From Podarcis cretensis (lineage: Eukaryota), in contig OX638156.1 of NCBI GenBank assembly GCA_951804945.1, positions 40,238,001 to 40,302,000 of the forward strand: a stretch of DNA of 64,000 bases, written 5' to 3'. Position numbers and translations under genes: made by a program. How positions within the stretch are numbered: the first letter of the stretch is position 1; every line of letters begins with the position of its first letter. The notes beneath the pieces were generated by a model, which was given only the letters and a program-made list of their open reading frames with translations, did no database searches and was not told where the DNA came from. Below, in pieces: positions 11,170 through 22,677 of the stretch.

Positions 11170-11990
11170 CTGTAAAGAAATCAGAATGTTATGAAGAGAC
11201 TCAATTTATTATGCTTAGCCCCTGGAGCACCTACACAAAGTAAAGTTCGCTGAGAAAACGAGTAAAAATTTTGCTAGGGAAAATCTCACATGTATTATTT
11301 ATTTCTATTCTGCTTACTTGCCAAAAGGGTTTCTCCAGTTAACATGCTTGAATCAGAACACGAAGAACAAATAATACTTGCTACATGCACCTGACCTCAT
11401 TCACTGAAGTTCATGTCCTTATGCTGGGTTTTGCACGTTTATATTCTGATGATTGTAACACCGTAAGTGCAAAACATTAAATAGTGTGTCCTAATATTGC
11501 CTAAAATGTGTTCAGAAACGCATTCTAAAAAGGGGAGACTCTAATTTGATCCAATTTAGTGTGCTGGGTCACCCAGACATTTAAGGTTCAACAACTGCAG
11601 CTTTCTTTGCTAAGTAGCACTTTGTTGATTTAGGAACAACCCCCTCCCCTCAGGAGAAGTGTTCACCCAACAGAGGCACAAATCAAATTAAAGTGAAGTA
11701 TAACTTTTCCCCACTGTGACATATAACAAGCAGAAAAAACTTTCAGAATAGTTATCTTTCCACTGGACCCAACTTAAAACATCCAAATTTCACTTGCACA
11801 AAAGTTGTCTGCAACTTGTATGGACATACATTTTGGAATTTTACAATTTAAATTTCCCTTAAACTGCAACCAAACAAAAAGCAATGTTGCAAGTACCTAC
11901 TTTCTCAAATTTTCCATAAGACTGAAAAGAAAGTATACAGCAAGGAAGAAGGGCAAGTTGAGAGAGATGCCATTACTACCCACAGCTCAC

Positions 11991-12115
11991 CTCGTCTACA
12001 GACATAGTTGGATGCGGTGGGTGATTATAAATACGCTGAAAATAGCTGTTGGCTTCATCATCAATCTCTTTGCTAAAGTGCTGATTTGCCTCTGGCCATA
12101 CCTGAGATAAGTCAG
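11991..12115 (-). CDS. CNOT1: CNOT1 coding exon 20
   Basis: 125 nt, [41 protein letters not shown]. Confidence 0.95.
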
Positions 12116-14709
12116 CTGTTGAAAAAAGTAGATACTAATTAAATAAATACACAAAATGGAGGGGAAATGTATTAATTTCATAATCACAGATACAATGCCA
12201 AGGGAACAGAAGCAGTTTGGAATATTTCAGTAGATTTCATGATGATGCAGTCTCACTCATATTATGAGCTCAAAGAGGTTGCTTTCCTGTCACTGTAGTT
12301 CTTTGAGCGGTCCTCCGTTCAGTTACATATATGGATTTGTGTGCCTTTGCAAACCAAACTTGTAGAGATAGGACACGGAAAGGTTTTTGGCAAGATGCCC
12401 TGTCTCAGCTACCAAGGTGCTTGCCAGCAGGAGGTAGCTGCCCAAAAGAGACCAAAGAAGAGCAACACCAGCAGAGGGAGAAAGAAGTGTGTGATTGCAC
12501 ACATGACCACTCAAAGAGCTACAATTACAGATAAGCAACCCATCTTTCTTCTTCATGATCAGTGTGTGGTCCCACATACGGAGACTAGCAAGCTGTCTTA
12601 CCTCAGGGTGGGAAAGGTACTGTCAGGAAAACAATATGTTAAGTACAGTCCTTTCAATGACAGCATCCACTCAAACTTGCACATCAAAGGGGTAACCATT
12701 TCACAGAAAGCAAGGTTGCAAGGCTGTGAATGTAGTTACTTCCCATGTCAAATGTGAACAGATTACTGACAGGGACAGCAAGCAAGCTACTTTATAGAAA
12801 ATCTGATAGTCATGCAGACCTAGTAAGAAAGTTGTTGAGTTGGGATTTGGGTACAATATAAAAAGAATTTAAGTTCCAGTTAAGATGAAACACCAAGACC
12901 ACCTTCAGCGGGCGGGACAGATCAGATCAAGCTGTATCACAACAAAGGATCAAGTGCACATAATCTTGATCAGTGAGATTGGAGTTGGAGGAAGAACTTT
13001 GGGCGGGGGGTGGGGAGTATTGGCAAGAGGAAGGCAGGAAGCATAATAAGTTGGGGACAGCCACCCCAATAAGGAAAGAAAGAAGTTCCACAATGGGAGA
13101 CTGCTGCATTGCAGAGGGGGTTATTGCCATGAATTCATGACAACTTGGGCAACAGTCAACAGCACGTTGTTCACCCAGGAACATTTCCTCCATCTATAGA
13201 CAGAAGATTAAACCCATCTTCCCAGCATTTCTTGAAGAATGCTCGCTGTGCTGTAGGTGTGAGAGGAGAAGAAACTGTGAAACAACTAAAAAGAGGATAC
13301 ACTAGGAGAGAAGAAGAAAATAAAGCTGAAGCTTGGCAAAGCAAGGAAAAATAGGGCCAAGTTCTGGTATAAATGGGAGGAAGCAAGCTCCAAAAGCTGC
13401 TGCTGCAGTTAAGAAGGCACTGAGCAGGAAAGAACGAGGTCTGCATCACCAAAATGTGGCACAGCTCTAAAGGGTTCTGAATGGTGTTTAGCTCAGGCAT
13501 GTAACACATATGTGGGACTGCAAGAATTTTAGTTGGAAAGGGCTGGTTTAGTTATGAGAACATTATTCTGGAAGCCAGGAAAGCAAATCTCAATGACTGC
13601 AGAATTAAAGTATCATTCATCCCTAGATTAGCATATTGGGCAGGATGCAACAAGCACTCACAGCATGCTGAACATTAATGTGCAGGTACACTTTCAAACT
13701 TCTTCAGGCAAAGCAAGAGATTAGAGATCATCTCTGTTCCACAGGCTCACATTAAGGTGTTTGCAGGTAGCTATGATTATCAAAACATAATGGCCTTGCA
13801 AACTATAGATGTACATTCTCACTACTTAAGTCTTCCCTACCCAGAAGAGTCCTTTTATCTATTCCTGACACCAAACACCAAGCATTCCACATTCAACTGG
13901 CCACCTAACCCCTTGTTGACCCTCTAAAACCCACCACCCTAATACCAATGCTAGCATATTTCTACACCTTTCACCTATTTTCTGGCCGTTGCCTCAGTCT
14001 GGTTTACTGGGAAATATTCAGCAGCAAGATTTGAAAGATGCTGCCTACTGCATGTGTCATCTTCATGATTCAAAGTAGTTTCCCAACCCCCACAACCCAG
14101 ACATCCATAAGCTGAAAAAAATCACCAAAGGACACGAAAGGTACACTTTGAGTGAACGAGGGTTAACATACAAATACAAGTAGCATAGATTCAATGAGCT
14201 GGCCAAAATCAATTTCTGGGCAAGATTGCAACGTCACTAAAAAGTGGCAGGGACTATGTACACAATGCCACTTTCCCATCAAACTGAGGGACATTTTCCT
14301 AGTCTAATATCACAAGATTGGTCTTGAGGACTATTGTGAATAATTCTATGAAGTACTCACATGAAAGCTGTTGGTTCATGAAGCCTGATAAACCACTTGA
14401 TCTGTGTTGGTTTAAACCTTAAATTACTTGGAACCCATAACTGTACAAGGTTAAGTTTTTGGCATCAGTAGCTGGGAGCACGATTAGCATGGTAAAGCCA
14501 AGCAGGTTTTAATTTAGTCACCACAAGAATGGGAGACTGCCTGGAAGCCCAACATAAGCTGCTCCAAGATTCCTGGGAGAAAGGCTAGATATTGGGGAGG
14601 GCAAAGAAGGCTCCTTAGAGACCGCTGCCAGCCCCCACCCTAGAGGGAAAACTCACATTTACCGCACATCCACAGTCACACTTCACAATCAGACAACATT
14701 ACCACTTAC

Positions 14710-14853
14710 AAGGTTTCATCTTACTCTGCTGGAATGTAGGCTGGTTCAGTCCTGATGTACTCAGTTTTCTTGGCACAAATGGGTCATTATTCACTGCAGG
14801 GAGGCCAAGGGCCCCAGTTCCTATGCCCAGACTACCTGTTGTAAGACCACCTA
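14710..14853 (-). CDS. CNOT1: CNOT1 coding exon 19
   Basis: 144 nt, [47 protein letters not shown]; tandem acceptor and tandem donor. Confidence 0.9.
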
Positions 14854-15127
14854 CTGAGAAAAATAAAATTATCATTTCAGTTATGTTTACAAATGCTGGC
14901 AGACATTATAATTTGTTTGCTGTTCCCACCCTGAATAGTGTCAACATGGTACTTCCACTCGGCCCACTGAAATTAATTCACAGAACTAATATCATGTCCA
15001 CTGGTTTCAATGGGTTTACACTGAGTATACTAAGTTGGATACAATTTGAAGTGCTTGCCCCAGCCAGAATTATAGGAAAAGCAGCCACATTCCTCCCATG
15101 AGTACCAGCCCCTTTACACAAAAGTAC

Positions 15128-15332
15128 CTGGAAGCTGTGAAGAGAGTCCGCTAATTCCACTGAAAGGTGTATTCTGGTTTTGTGTGGAAAGTGGTGGAAA
15201 TGCTTTTGCTGGTGACTGTGGAGTACTAAAAGCAGAACTCAAGTTTGGAGGAAAACCTGGCATACTCTGTGTGTGTGGAACTGCTGAACCACCTAGGCTG
15301 AGAGATGCCATCCCAGCAGCAAGTGGATCAAT
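15128..15332 (-). CDS. CNOT1: CNOT1 coding exon 18
   Basis: 205 nt, [48 protein letters not shown]... Confidence 0.94.
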
Positions 15333-15893
15333 CTGAGGATAAAATCAATATTCAAAGAGAGACAAGGGGTTATTTTCTATATCAATCAAACTTCATTCAG
15401 ATCAGCCTTGCCAAAATCAGTTAAGACCACACATCAATTCCTTACACTTTGGGTCTACTCTTACAGACCCGTTAGGCATCCTCCACCTTCAAAACGCATG
15501 CAATGCAAGGTATTTCTGTATAACCTTTTAAAACTAAACATCATCTTGTGGTTTGGGGGGTTGGGCTGCACAGTAATAGTTTGTTCTAGAGCCCAAGCAA
15601 CCACTTAGCTTTAAGAGCTAACTTTTACAAAAAGCTCTGAGAAACTTATAGAAGAAAGCTTAGAATCCTTACAATGCTACTGTCACTGTTTGCTTGTTAG
15701 TATCACACAATTTCTTTTTATTAATGAAAAGTTGCTCAATTAATCTTTAGTCTGCAGAATGGTGCCAAATTAAATCATGAAAGTAAATCATGAAAGGCTA
15801 TTATATCTACCACCGAATATAGTTACTAGAACCAGGTCTTCCTCCCTATTAAACCTGGAAGAAGCAGTGACAGTGTGTGGTGGTGAACAACTA

Positions 15894-16029
15894 ATATGTG
15901 CCTTGTTTTTAAAAGAGCAGCTCAGCTGAGAACTGAGGAGCCCCAGTTATAACAAGTCCTTACAATCTAGCACCATTGCTTGACCCAAGAAGCCATGAAA
16001 AAGACGTGTCAGGTTCAAAGATGGTGCTT
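15894..16029 (-). ncRNA. SNORA50: H/ACA snoRNA SNORA50 (SNORA76 family) in CNOT1 intron 17
   Basis: Minus strand AAGCACCATCTTTGAACCTGAC...GACTTGTTATAACTGGGGCTCCTCAGTTCTCAGCTGAGCTGCTCTTTTAAAAACAAGGCACATAT closely matches human SNORA50A as recalled; CNOT1 is its known host; 136 nt, ACA box 3 nt from the end. Confidence 0.9.
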
Positions 16030-16159
16030 AAACTGCATGGTTTCAATTAATATGTTTGAATTACATTTGATTATGAATAAAAAAATAAGTTTAGAGACAT
16101 ATAAAAAGGCACATCTTCCCATTATTATGCTACTTTGGTTTCTTTCAGCATCCACATAC

Positions 16160-16310
16160 CTGTACAGGAGAGATAGCATCTAGGCTACTAGCACTTGGTG
16201 GACGTCCTTTGGGCATAACTCCAGGTGGTGGCTGCCTGGCTTTGTTCATGACATTGCTGCAGTTGGCTACCATAGTTAGAATAGTTTCTGACAGCTCTTG
16301 AGACACACTT
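16160..16310 (-). CDS. CNOT1: CNOT1 coding exon 17
   Basis: 151 nt, [50 protein letters not shown]. Confidence 0.95.
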
Positions 16311-16506
16311 CTAATGAGAGAAGAAATGATTTTTACTTGCCAATAAACCCCCCCTTTTATCTAGGTGCATTTTTAGAACTAGGATAGCACTAGCACTGCC
16401 TGGAACACAATGTCCCAACTAAACCAGAGGAAAGAGCTCCCCAACCTGCCAAGACCAGAAAAACTATCACCTGGCTTGTTTCAACTGATCAGCCAATATA
16501 TATATA

Positions 16507-16871
16507 AAAGGTAAAGGTAAAGGTACCCCTGCCCGTACGGGCCAGTCTTGACAGACTCTGGGGTTGTGCGCCCATCTCACTTAAGAGGCCAGGGGCCAGC
16601 GCTGTCCGGAGACACTTCCGGGTCACGTGGCCAGCGTGACATCGCTGCTCTGGCGAGCCAGAGCCGCACACGGAAACGCCGTTTACCTTCCCGCTGGTAA
16701 GCGGTCCCTATTTATCTACTTGCACCCGGAGGTGCTTTCGAACTGCTAGGTTGGCAGGCGCTGGGACCGAGCAGCGGGAGCGCACCCCGCCGCAGGGATT
16801 CGAACCGCCGACCTTTCGATCGGCAAGCCCTAGGCGCTGAGGCTTTAACCCACAGCGCCACCTGCGACCCC
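16507..16871 (-). mobile_element. Full-length Sauria SINE (Squam1)
   Basis: tRNA-like head with A box (TGGCGCTGTGG) and B box (GGTTCGAATCC), (ACCTTT)n tail, CpG-rich and therefore young. Confidence 0.9.
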
Positions 16872-17373
16872 TTATTTAACTGAAGGACAAACTTGCCAAC
16901 CAACTAACAAGGTATTACAAACTCCAGAGACAAGTGAAAAATAGCCCTGCGGGGTTATCTCCAACTCTTTTACATATGCTTTTAAGTACAACCTAAACAT
17001 ACAAAATCCTACTCATTACACAGCACTGCACCTTGGCAAAGGCAAAACACTCTGTCCAAAGGCTGCATTTGCCAAAGCCCTGATTTTATACTTCCTAATA
17101 ATGGCCCCAATGCAACTAGTAAACTAGGATTTATTTAGTACTTTTCCAAAATGCTCAAAGCACTTCCCAAACAGACACATTACAAACTTTACACCAACCT
17201 TGCCAGATAGGCCAGTGCTACAGAGGATCTGGAGGATGAGAAGGTGGCTGAGAAATGGCAGCTCACAAAGGCCACCTAGTGAGCTCATAGCCAAGTTCCC
17301 AGTTTGTAAATTCACCTTCTTAACCACTATTTATGAGACTGTCAGCCTATCCCAAAAGATGTCATCTGCTTAC

Positions 17374-17525
17374 CCAGCACAAGCCTGCAGGCAAGCCAGC
17401 ATAGTTGCCAGTGTCTCTGGAGGAAGCTGAGCACTTTTGGGCTGGTCTTTCTCTGGGGCAAGGCCACCTAAGATAGAGGGGCACCTTCTCTTTAGGAAAG
17501 TCATACAGGCTTGGATGAAAGGCTC
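17374..17525 (-). CDS. CNOT1: CNOT1 coding exon 16
   Basis: 152 nt, [51 protein letters not shown]. Confidence 0.95.
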
Positions 17526-17757
17526 CTAGGGAAGGAAAAGTGCAAATTTCAGTGGGATACACACACACTTAACAATAGTTCAAGAATGTTAACAAAATTA
17601 TGATATAGAAAATACTGGGTATTAGTTCAACATTATCACTCAAGAGTGCATGCTGAAAGCAATTTTTATAAACTGCAGGGAAACATTTTTTTTATAAAAA
17701 GAAGTGACTGTTACCACCAAAAAAATTGCAAAAATAATTAAGAAAATCCTGCTTTAC

Positions 17758-17880
17758 CCCATGCTCCCGAATTTTATCTGTGAGCCATTTGTCTAGTTTG
17801 AGGTATTCCCGTCGAGAGGCAAGTGCAGCAAGGTCAATAACAAAGGCAAATGGAGTACCATTTAGCAGCATTGACAACGC
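17758..17880 (-). CDS. CNOT1: CNOT1 coding exon 15
   Basis: 123 nt, [41 protein letters not shown]. Confidence 0.96.
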
Positions 17881-19188
17881 CTAAAGAAAGAGAGTTAGAA
17901 AACTGCTAGTCAAAGTATCAGGCTACGCTTCCCTCAGAATTACCCTACACACATACACCCTCCCCCACCATATCTATATATTATTCAGTTCCCAACATTT
18001 TTTTCTGTCACACAGAACATGACAGAGACAGCAGCCAGCAAAGCAGCTTCCAGGGTGGGATTCCTCCTCCTGGGAGAAGAATATATCGGACACATTGCTT
18101 TTCCTTCCAACCTAAGAATTTGAAGTGGGGGGGGGGGTGGAAGGAGATGTGGAAGACCACAGGCAAGGCAAAGCCACTGAGGGTGGGAGGCTTCACAGCA
18201 AAGTGACTTAAGTAATTCTTCTCTCCCTATTTTCTGATCTATAGGTGGCAGGCACCCTGTTGACGGTAATCCTCACCACCCTCGTGGCCATTAAAGCTGG
18301 GTGGGCTGTGCGCATTATCTGCAAGTGGGACTGCTCACTCTTCCCTCCTTCAGCAGTTACGGCTCTTTCTATGGTTGGGTGGAACAGGCCTAGAAACTGC
18401 TTGTGCAAGACTGGAGGAAGACCGGAGAACCAACCCCTACCTCACCACTTGGCAGTTTGGTAAAGCAGCTTTTATGGGTGGTTTGAGCTCCTATTACTGC
18501 TGGAAACCCAACATTATCCTGCCCATTAAATTTCAGAGGAATATACACTACACATTCATTTCAATTGCAAGGGCTCTTGTACAAACTCCAAGGAAAAAGA
18601 GGTTGCTTCCCCCTGGAGCTTGAGGCAATACACTGATACCTTCTGGTGACAATACACCTTGCTTGAAATAAGCAAGTAATTATGGGCCTTCAGTAGTGCT
18701 GAACCAAACTTAACCAAATTGCCACCCTGGGCTCCTTTGGGAGAGTTATAACATGAATGCTGACCCAGTAGTGTCTAGTAAAAGCTATAGAGTTATGATA
18801 TTCAATGCCACAAAAATCTCGCATACTTTATTGATGAAGAGGAAAGACAAACATACAACAGCAGTGACACTTTGCAAGTTTTTAAGAGTCTCTGGAGTTG
18901 CTCTAATGCAAGATCGTAAAAACAAAAAAGAAAATTACAGCTCAGGATCTTAGTAACTCTGCAGATGGAAAAAATTACTTTAGCAAGTCACAAATTTAGC
19001 AACACAGCTTCATATTAAGCGAAGAGATGAGTTTCTCTTCCTACACATAACCTCTTCCTGTCCTTAGAATAAACATGTCCTCTGATGTGATACTTATTTT
19101 CCTCCACTCCCAAACCCTGCATCTCACACAACCCCAACACTAAAGTCAAAGCACTTTCCACAGAATTAAAATATAGAATCAAACTCAC

Positions 19189-19308
19189 CTTCAAGTCTTG
19201 GGCCACGTCTAGAATACGTGATAATTTTGCTTGGTCGTACTGTTCCCCTCGCATGTACCATTCTGCCATAGCATGCATGATGAGCTGGCGAATTGAAGGA
19301 GACTGGCC
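19189..19308 (-). CDS. CNOT1: CNOT1 coding exon 14
   Basis: 120 nt, [40 protein letters not shown]. Confidence 0.96.
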
Positions 19309-20311
19309 CTAAGGAAACATCAACTGAATTTCAGATTACTACATAAATTACCTAGCTCTTAAAGAGCAATTAAACCGGCACATGGCAAGTCCCTTGCTGC
19401 TCTGGAACACTGAAATCACAGGTTCCAATTCAATGAAAACAAAAGTAGCAGGTGGAAGAGGGTTTCAGCTTATTTCTCCTCTCCCCCCCCCCCCCCAGTT
19501 CTAGGTACCTTGCTCCTCCAACCCTTTAGCCTCCACAACTTGCCCCTACCATACAGCCAGCTTTGCTCCACCAGCAAATGTGATAGAGCCTTATTACAAT
19601 AACAAATCAAATCACCAACCCATTTTCCTCTTTGCTGCCTTAACTTTCAGGAATAACAATGGAGATGCCAAAGATTGGCTCCACTTTTAACACATTTATG
19701 CTCCATCTCTCCATAAAGGCACAAAAGAACAATTAAGTGGCTGATGCATAATAGCATAGCAATTTATTTCCATGGTCAGGTAGGCAAGGTATATTATTTC
19801 CTGAGGTTACAGAACTGCAGCAGGTCATACTGCATATAAATGCAGGATCTGTAACAATTAAACTTGGCAGGGGGAAAAAGGCAATAGCACATGTGTATTG
19901 TCTCTCCAAGACTGCATGCAACTGCTGCATGAAACAATTTTTAACTAGGGAAAGGAGAGGGACAGGGACAGGGGGTTGCTACTGCCAGTCTCTACCTCAG
20001 TGTGTTTATTCCAATCCAGCTGTTACAGGCCACCCAAACACTAATATAGGACTGACCCCTCTCTGTTCCTGGGGCAGATTAAAATGAGGGCTATCTGGAA
20101 GTCATAAGTATATTTATACTGAGGTCAAGCTGTCTGGATAGCTTCACAGTTGAAAAATAGTACAGGTACATAACAAAAATCACCTCACACCCAGGACAAC
20201 TCTCATGGAGCAAAGATCAATCAAATTTCTATCCCACCCTTCTTTCAGGAGCATAACACAGTGGCAAGTTTAAACTCTGTTGTCAAAACAAAACCATTGT
20301 AATGCCCTTAC

Positions 20312-20552
20312 CTGCCCATGCCATGCATAATGCAGAATGATGGCAGAGTTGGGATGGTTGCCAAGAAAAATGGGCATAAGTGTGGATATGAGTTCATGCC
20401 GCAAAGTATGCCAGGAAGTGTTGATCTGTAGTAATGCCAATACCAACATATCTGGACAGTGCTTGATAGGGAAGCTGAAGAGCTGCTTAACTTGCTCATA
20501 CTGGCCAACCTCTGCCAACCGCAACAGGGACTCAATCAAGTCCAGGCTCTTC
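20312..20552 (-). CDS. CNOT1: CNOT1 coding exon 13
   Basis: 241 nt, [42 protein letters not shown]...YAWHGQ. Confidence 0.96.
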
Positions 20553-21120
20553 CTAACAAATAAGGGGGGGAAATGCAATATTGTGAATCAGTTGACAGGA
20601 TTCTGGATTGATGTCTGTTACACCAAGCTAATATGGGTATCAAATGAGGTAATTCTAAATTCTGTTACACTCAACAATATTTGAAATAACCAAACTTGGG
20701 GAAATAGATATCAAAGTCAACTTCCATCAAGTAGCATGCAGAGTGGTCAGAACAGTCCAAAGGCCTGCCTAGAAATCAAGATCCAACCTTCACAAACCAG
20801 ACCACAGCAAAAATATAATCAGTGTTTAGTTCACAGCAACTTAATACACATGGCTAATTTAACATGTTGCTCTCATTATCTATGCAACTATTTACAGACT
20901 AGCAAATGCAGCCAGTGTCTGGGGGAGACCCCTCTGCTGAACTAATGGGCCATCCCTGCTGCACACACATCCTCTCAAGTGAGAAGCACTTGGTGACTCA
21001 AAACCTTCTTACCAAAAGGCTGTCAGAAAAGCAAGAAAGGGGTATCAATCATGAATACTCTGGCTCATCATTTCAGAATGTTGAAGGAGCTGTATTCCCA
21101 AGAAAAATAATACTGTTTAC

Positions 21121-21248
21121 CATGTGGCAATTTCTCGATTGTCATCCTCGGGAGGGGCTTTCAAAATATCCGTGGCAACAGTATGACAGGGGTAGTCAGC
21201 AAAACAGAAGATCTCTGGATTAATGAGGGAATGCTGGATGAATGAGAG
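21121..21248 (-). CDS. CNOT1: CNOT1 coding exon 12
   Basis: 128 nt, LSFIQHSSLIQ-frame check gives [43 protein letters not shown]. Confidence 0.93.
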
Positions 21249-21558
21249 CTGCAACAAAATTACATCACTGTAAGAGTCATTTCATATCTACATTCATGTT
21301 ACACTGTCTTGATGAATTTCCTCCTAAGCAATCACCACCCCTCCCTCTCACACTTATGCTATTATGATTGCTTTTCCAAATAACTTTCTGAAAGTTCTAA
21401 GATTCAGTCTTCTATAGTCTGATCGCTACCTGTTACAGTAATTGCAGTGTATTAAAGGATGTATCACATTCTTCATAGCAACTGTTGTCTTAGTGAGCCC
21501 CAAAGCCAAAATTCAACAAAAAACTGAAAGAACATTTTTTAAAAGTTCTATGGTAATT

Positions 21559-21824
21559 ATGAGCTCCCGTTGCTCGGTCCCTGCTCCTGCCAACCTAGCA
21601 GTTCGAAAGCATGAAGTGCAAGTAAATAAATAGGTAACACTCTGGCGGGAAGGTAAACGGTGTTTCTGTGTGCTGCTCTGGTACGTCAGAAGCGGCTTAG
21701 TCATGCTGGCTACATGACCCAGAAGCTGTACGCCAGCTCCCTTGGCCAGCAAAGCGAGATGAGCACCGCAACCCCAGAGTCGTCCGCGACTGGACCTAAT
21801 GGTCAGGGGTCCCTCTACCTTTTT
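21559..21824 (+). mobile_element. 5'-truncated Sauria SINE
   Basis: Body and tail match the copies at 16507 and 34811; tRNA head missing. Confidence 0.88.
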
Positions 21825-21883
21825 AACCAATGTGGCGGTAGTGAGAGAGAAAGCATGAAAAAAATCTTCTCCTTGATTTTTAC

Positions 21884-22054
21884 CTGTCCTTCTGCATGTT
21901 TCCAAGGTCTGTATATGAGATCAACTGGGAAGACATCTAGCCCTAGCCCTCTCTGGACACCATACACCACAATCTGTAAGCCTTTGCTATCACGAATTTG
22001 AAATCCAGGGTGGTCAAGTTCATAGGTTACTTCCTTGAAGTTCAAATTTGGGTT
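21884..22054 (-). CDS. CNOT1: CNOT1 coding exon 11
   Basis: 171 nt, [57 protein letters not shown]. Confidence 0.96.
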
Positions 22055-22628
22055 CTGCAGAGTAAAACAAATAGTGGTGCAACTTATGGAGGCAAAAATA
22101 AAGAGCATGCTTTCACATTTCTCCTTATACAACTTAGAAACAATTCGTAAGATATGAAGCAGGCCATTAGCTCATCTAGCTCTAGCTCATATATTGACTG
22201 CTACTTTTGACAACAGCTCAACCACAGAGGGGGAATGGGGTTTTCCAATTCTCTTTACCCATTTTTAAAGCAAGGTTGCCAACATGTAAAACATGAACTC
22301 TAGCACATTCCCCATAGTAAGTCTGTGAATATAACTCTGCAGTTAATTTTTCCTTTAATATGGTTCATGTGAGTCGTCAAAATGATGAATAGTCATTATA
22401 TATTTTAAGTTAGTCATTTAAAAAAATAGTAATCATGTAAAAATTGGTCCCACAAGCATTCAAGAGTTATATGCAGAATGAGGTGTTATATTTTCCCCCA
22501 CACAGAAATGTCTATCAATCTTTCTACTCCCTATGCACCACTCAGAGCAGTTTACAGCATTTTAAAAACAGGGTACTACATAGAAAATATATTTAAAAAC
22601 ATGAAATACAACAGAGGATGTGTCCCTT

Positions 22629-22629
22629 A

Positions 22630-22677
<48 letters not shown>

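Noticed and set aside
12268-12440. 9-bp perfect stem plus a 100-nt hairpin in intron 19
   Set aside because: Not distinguishable by eye from old inverted-repeat elements
16790-16871. tRNA-like A/B boxes
   Set aside because: Head of a Sauria SINE, not a tRNA gene
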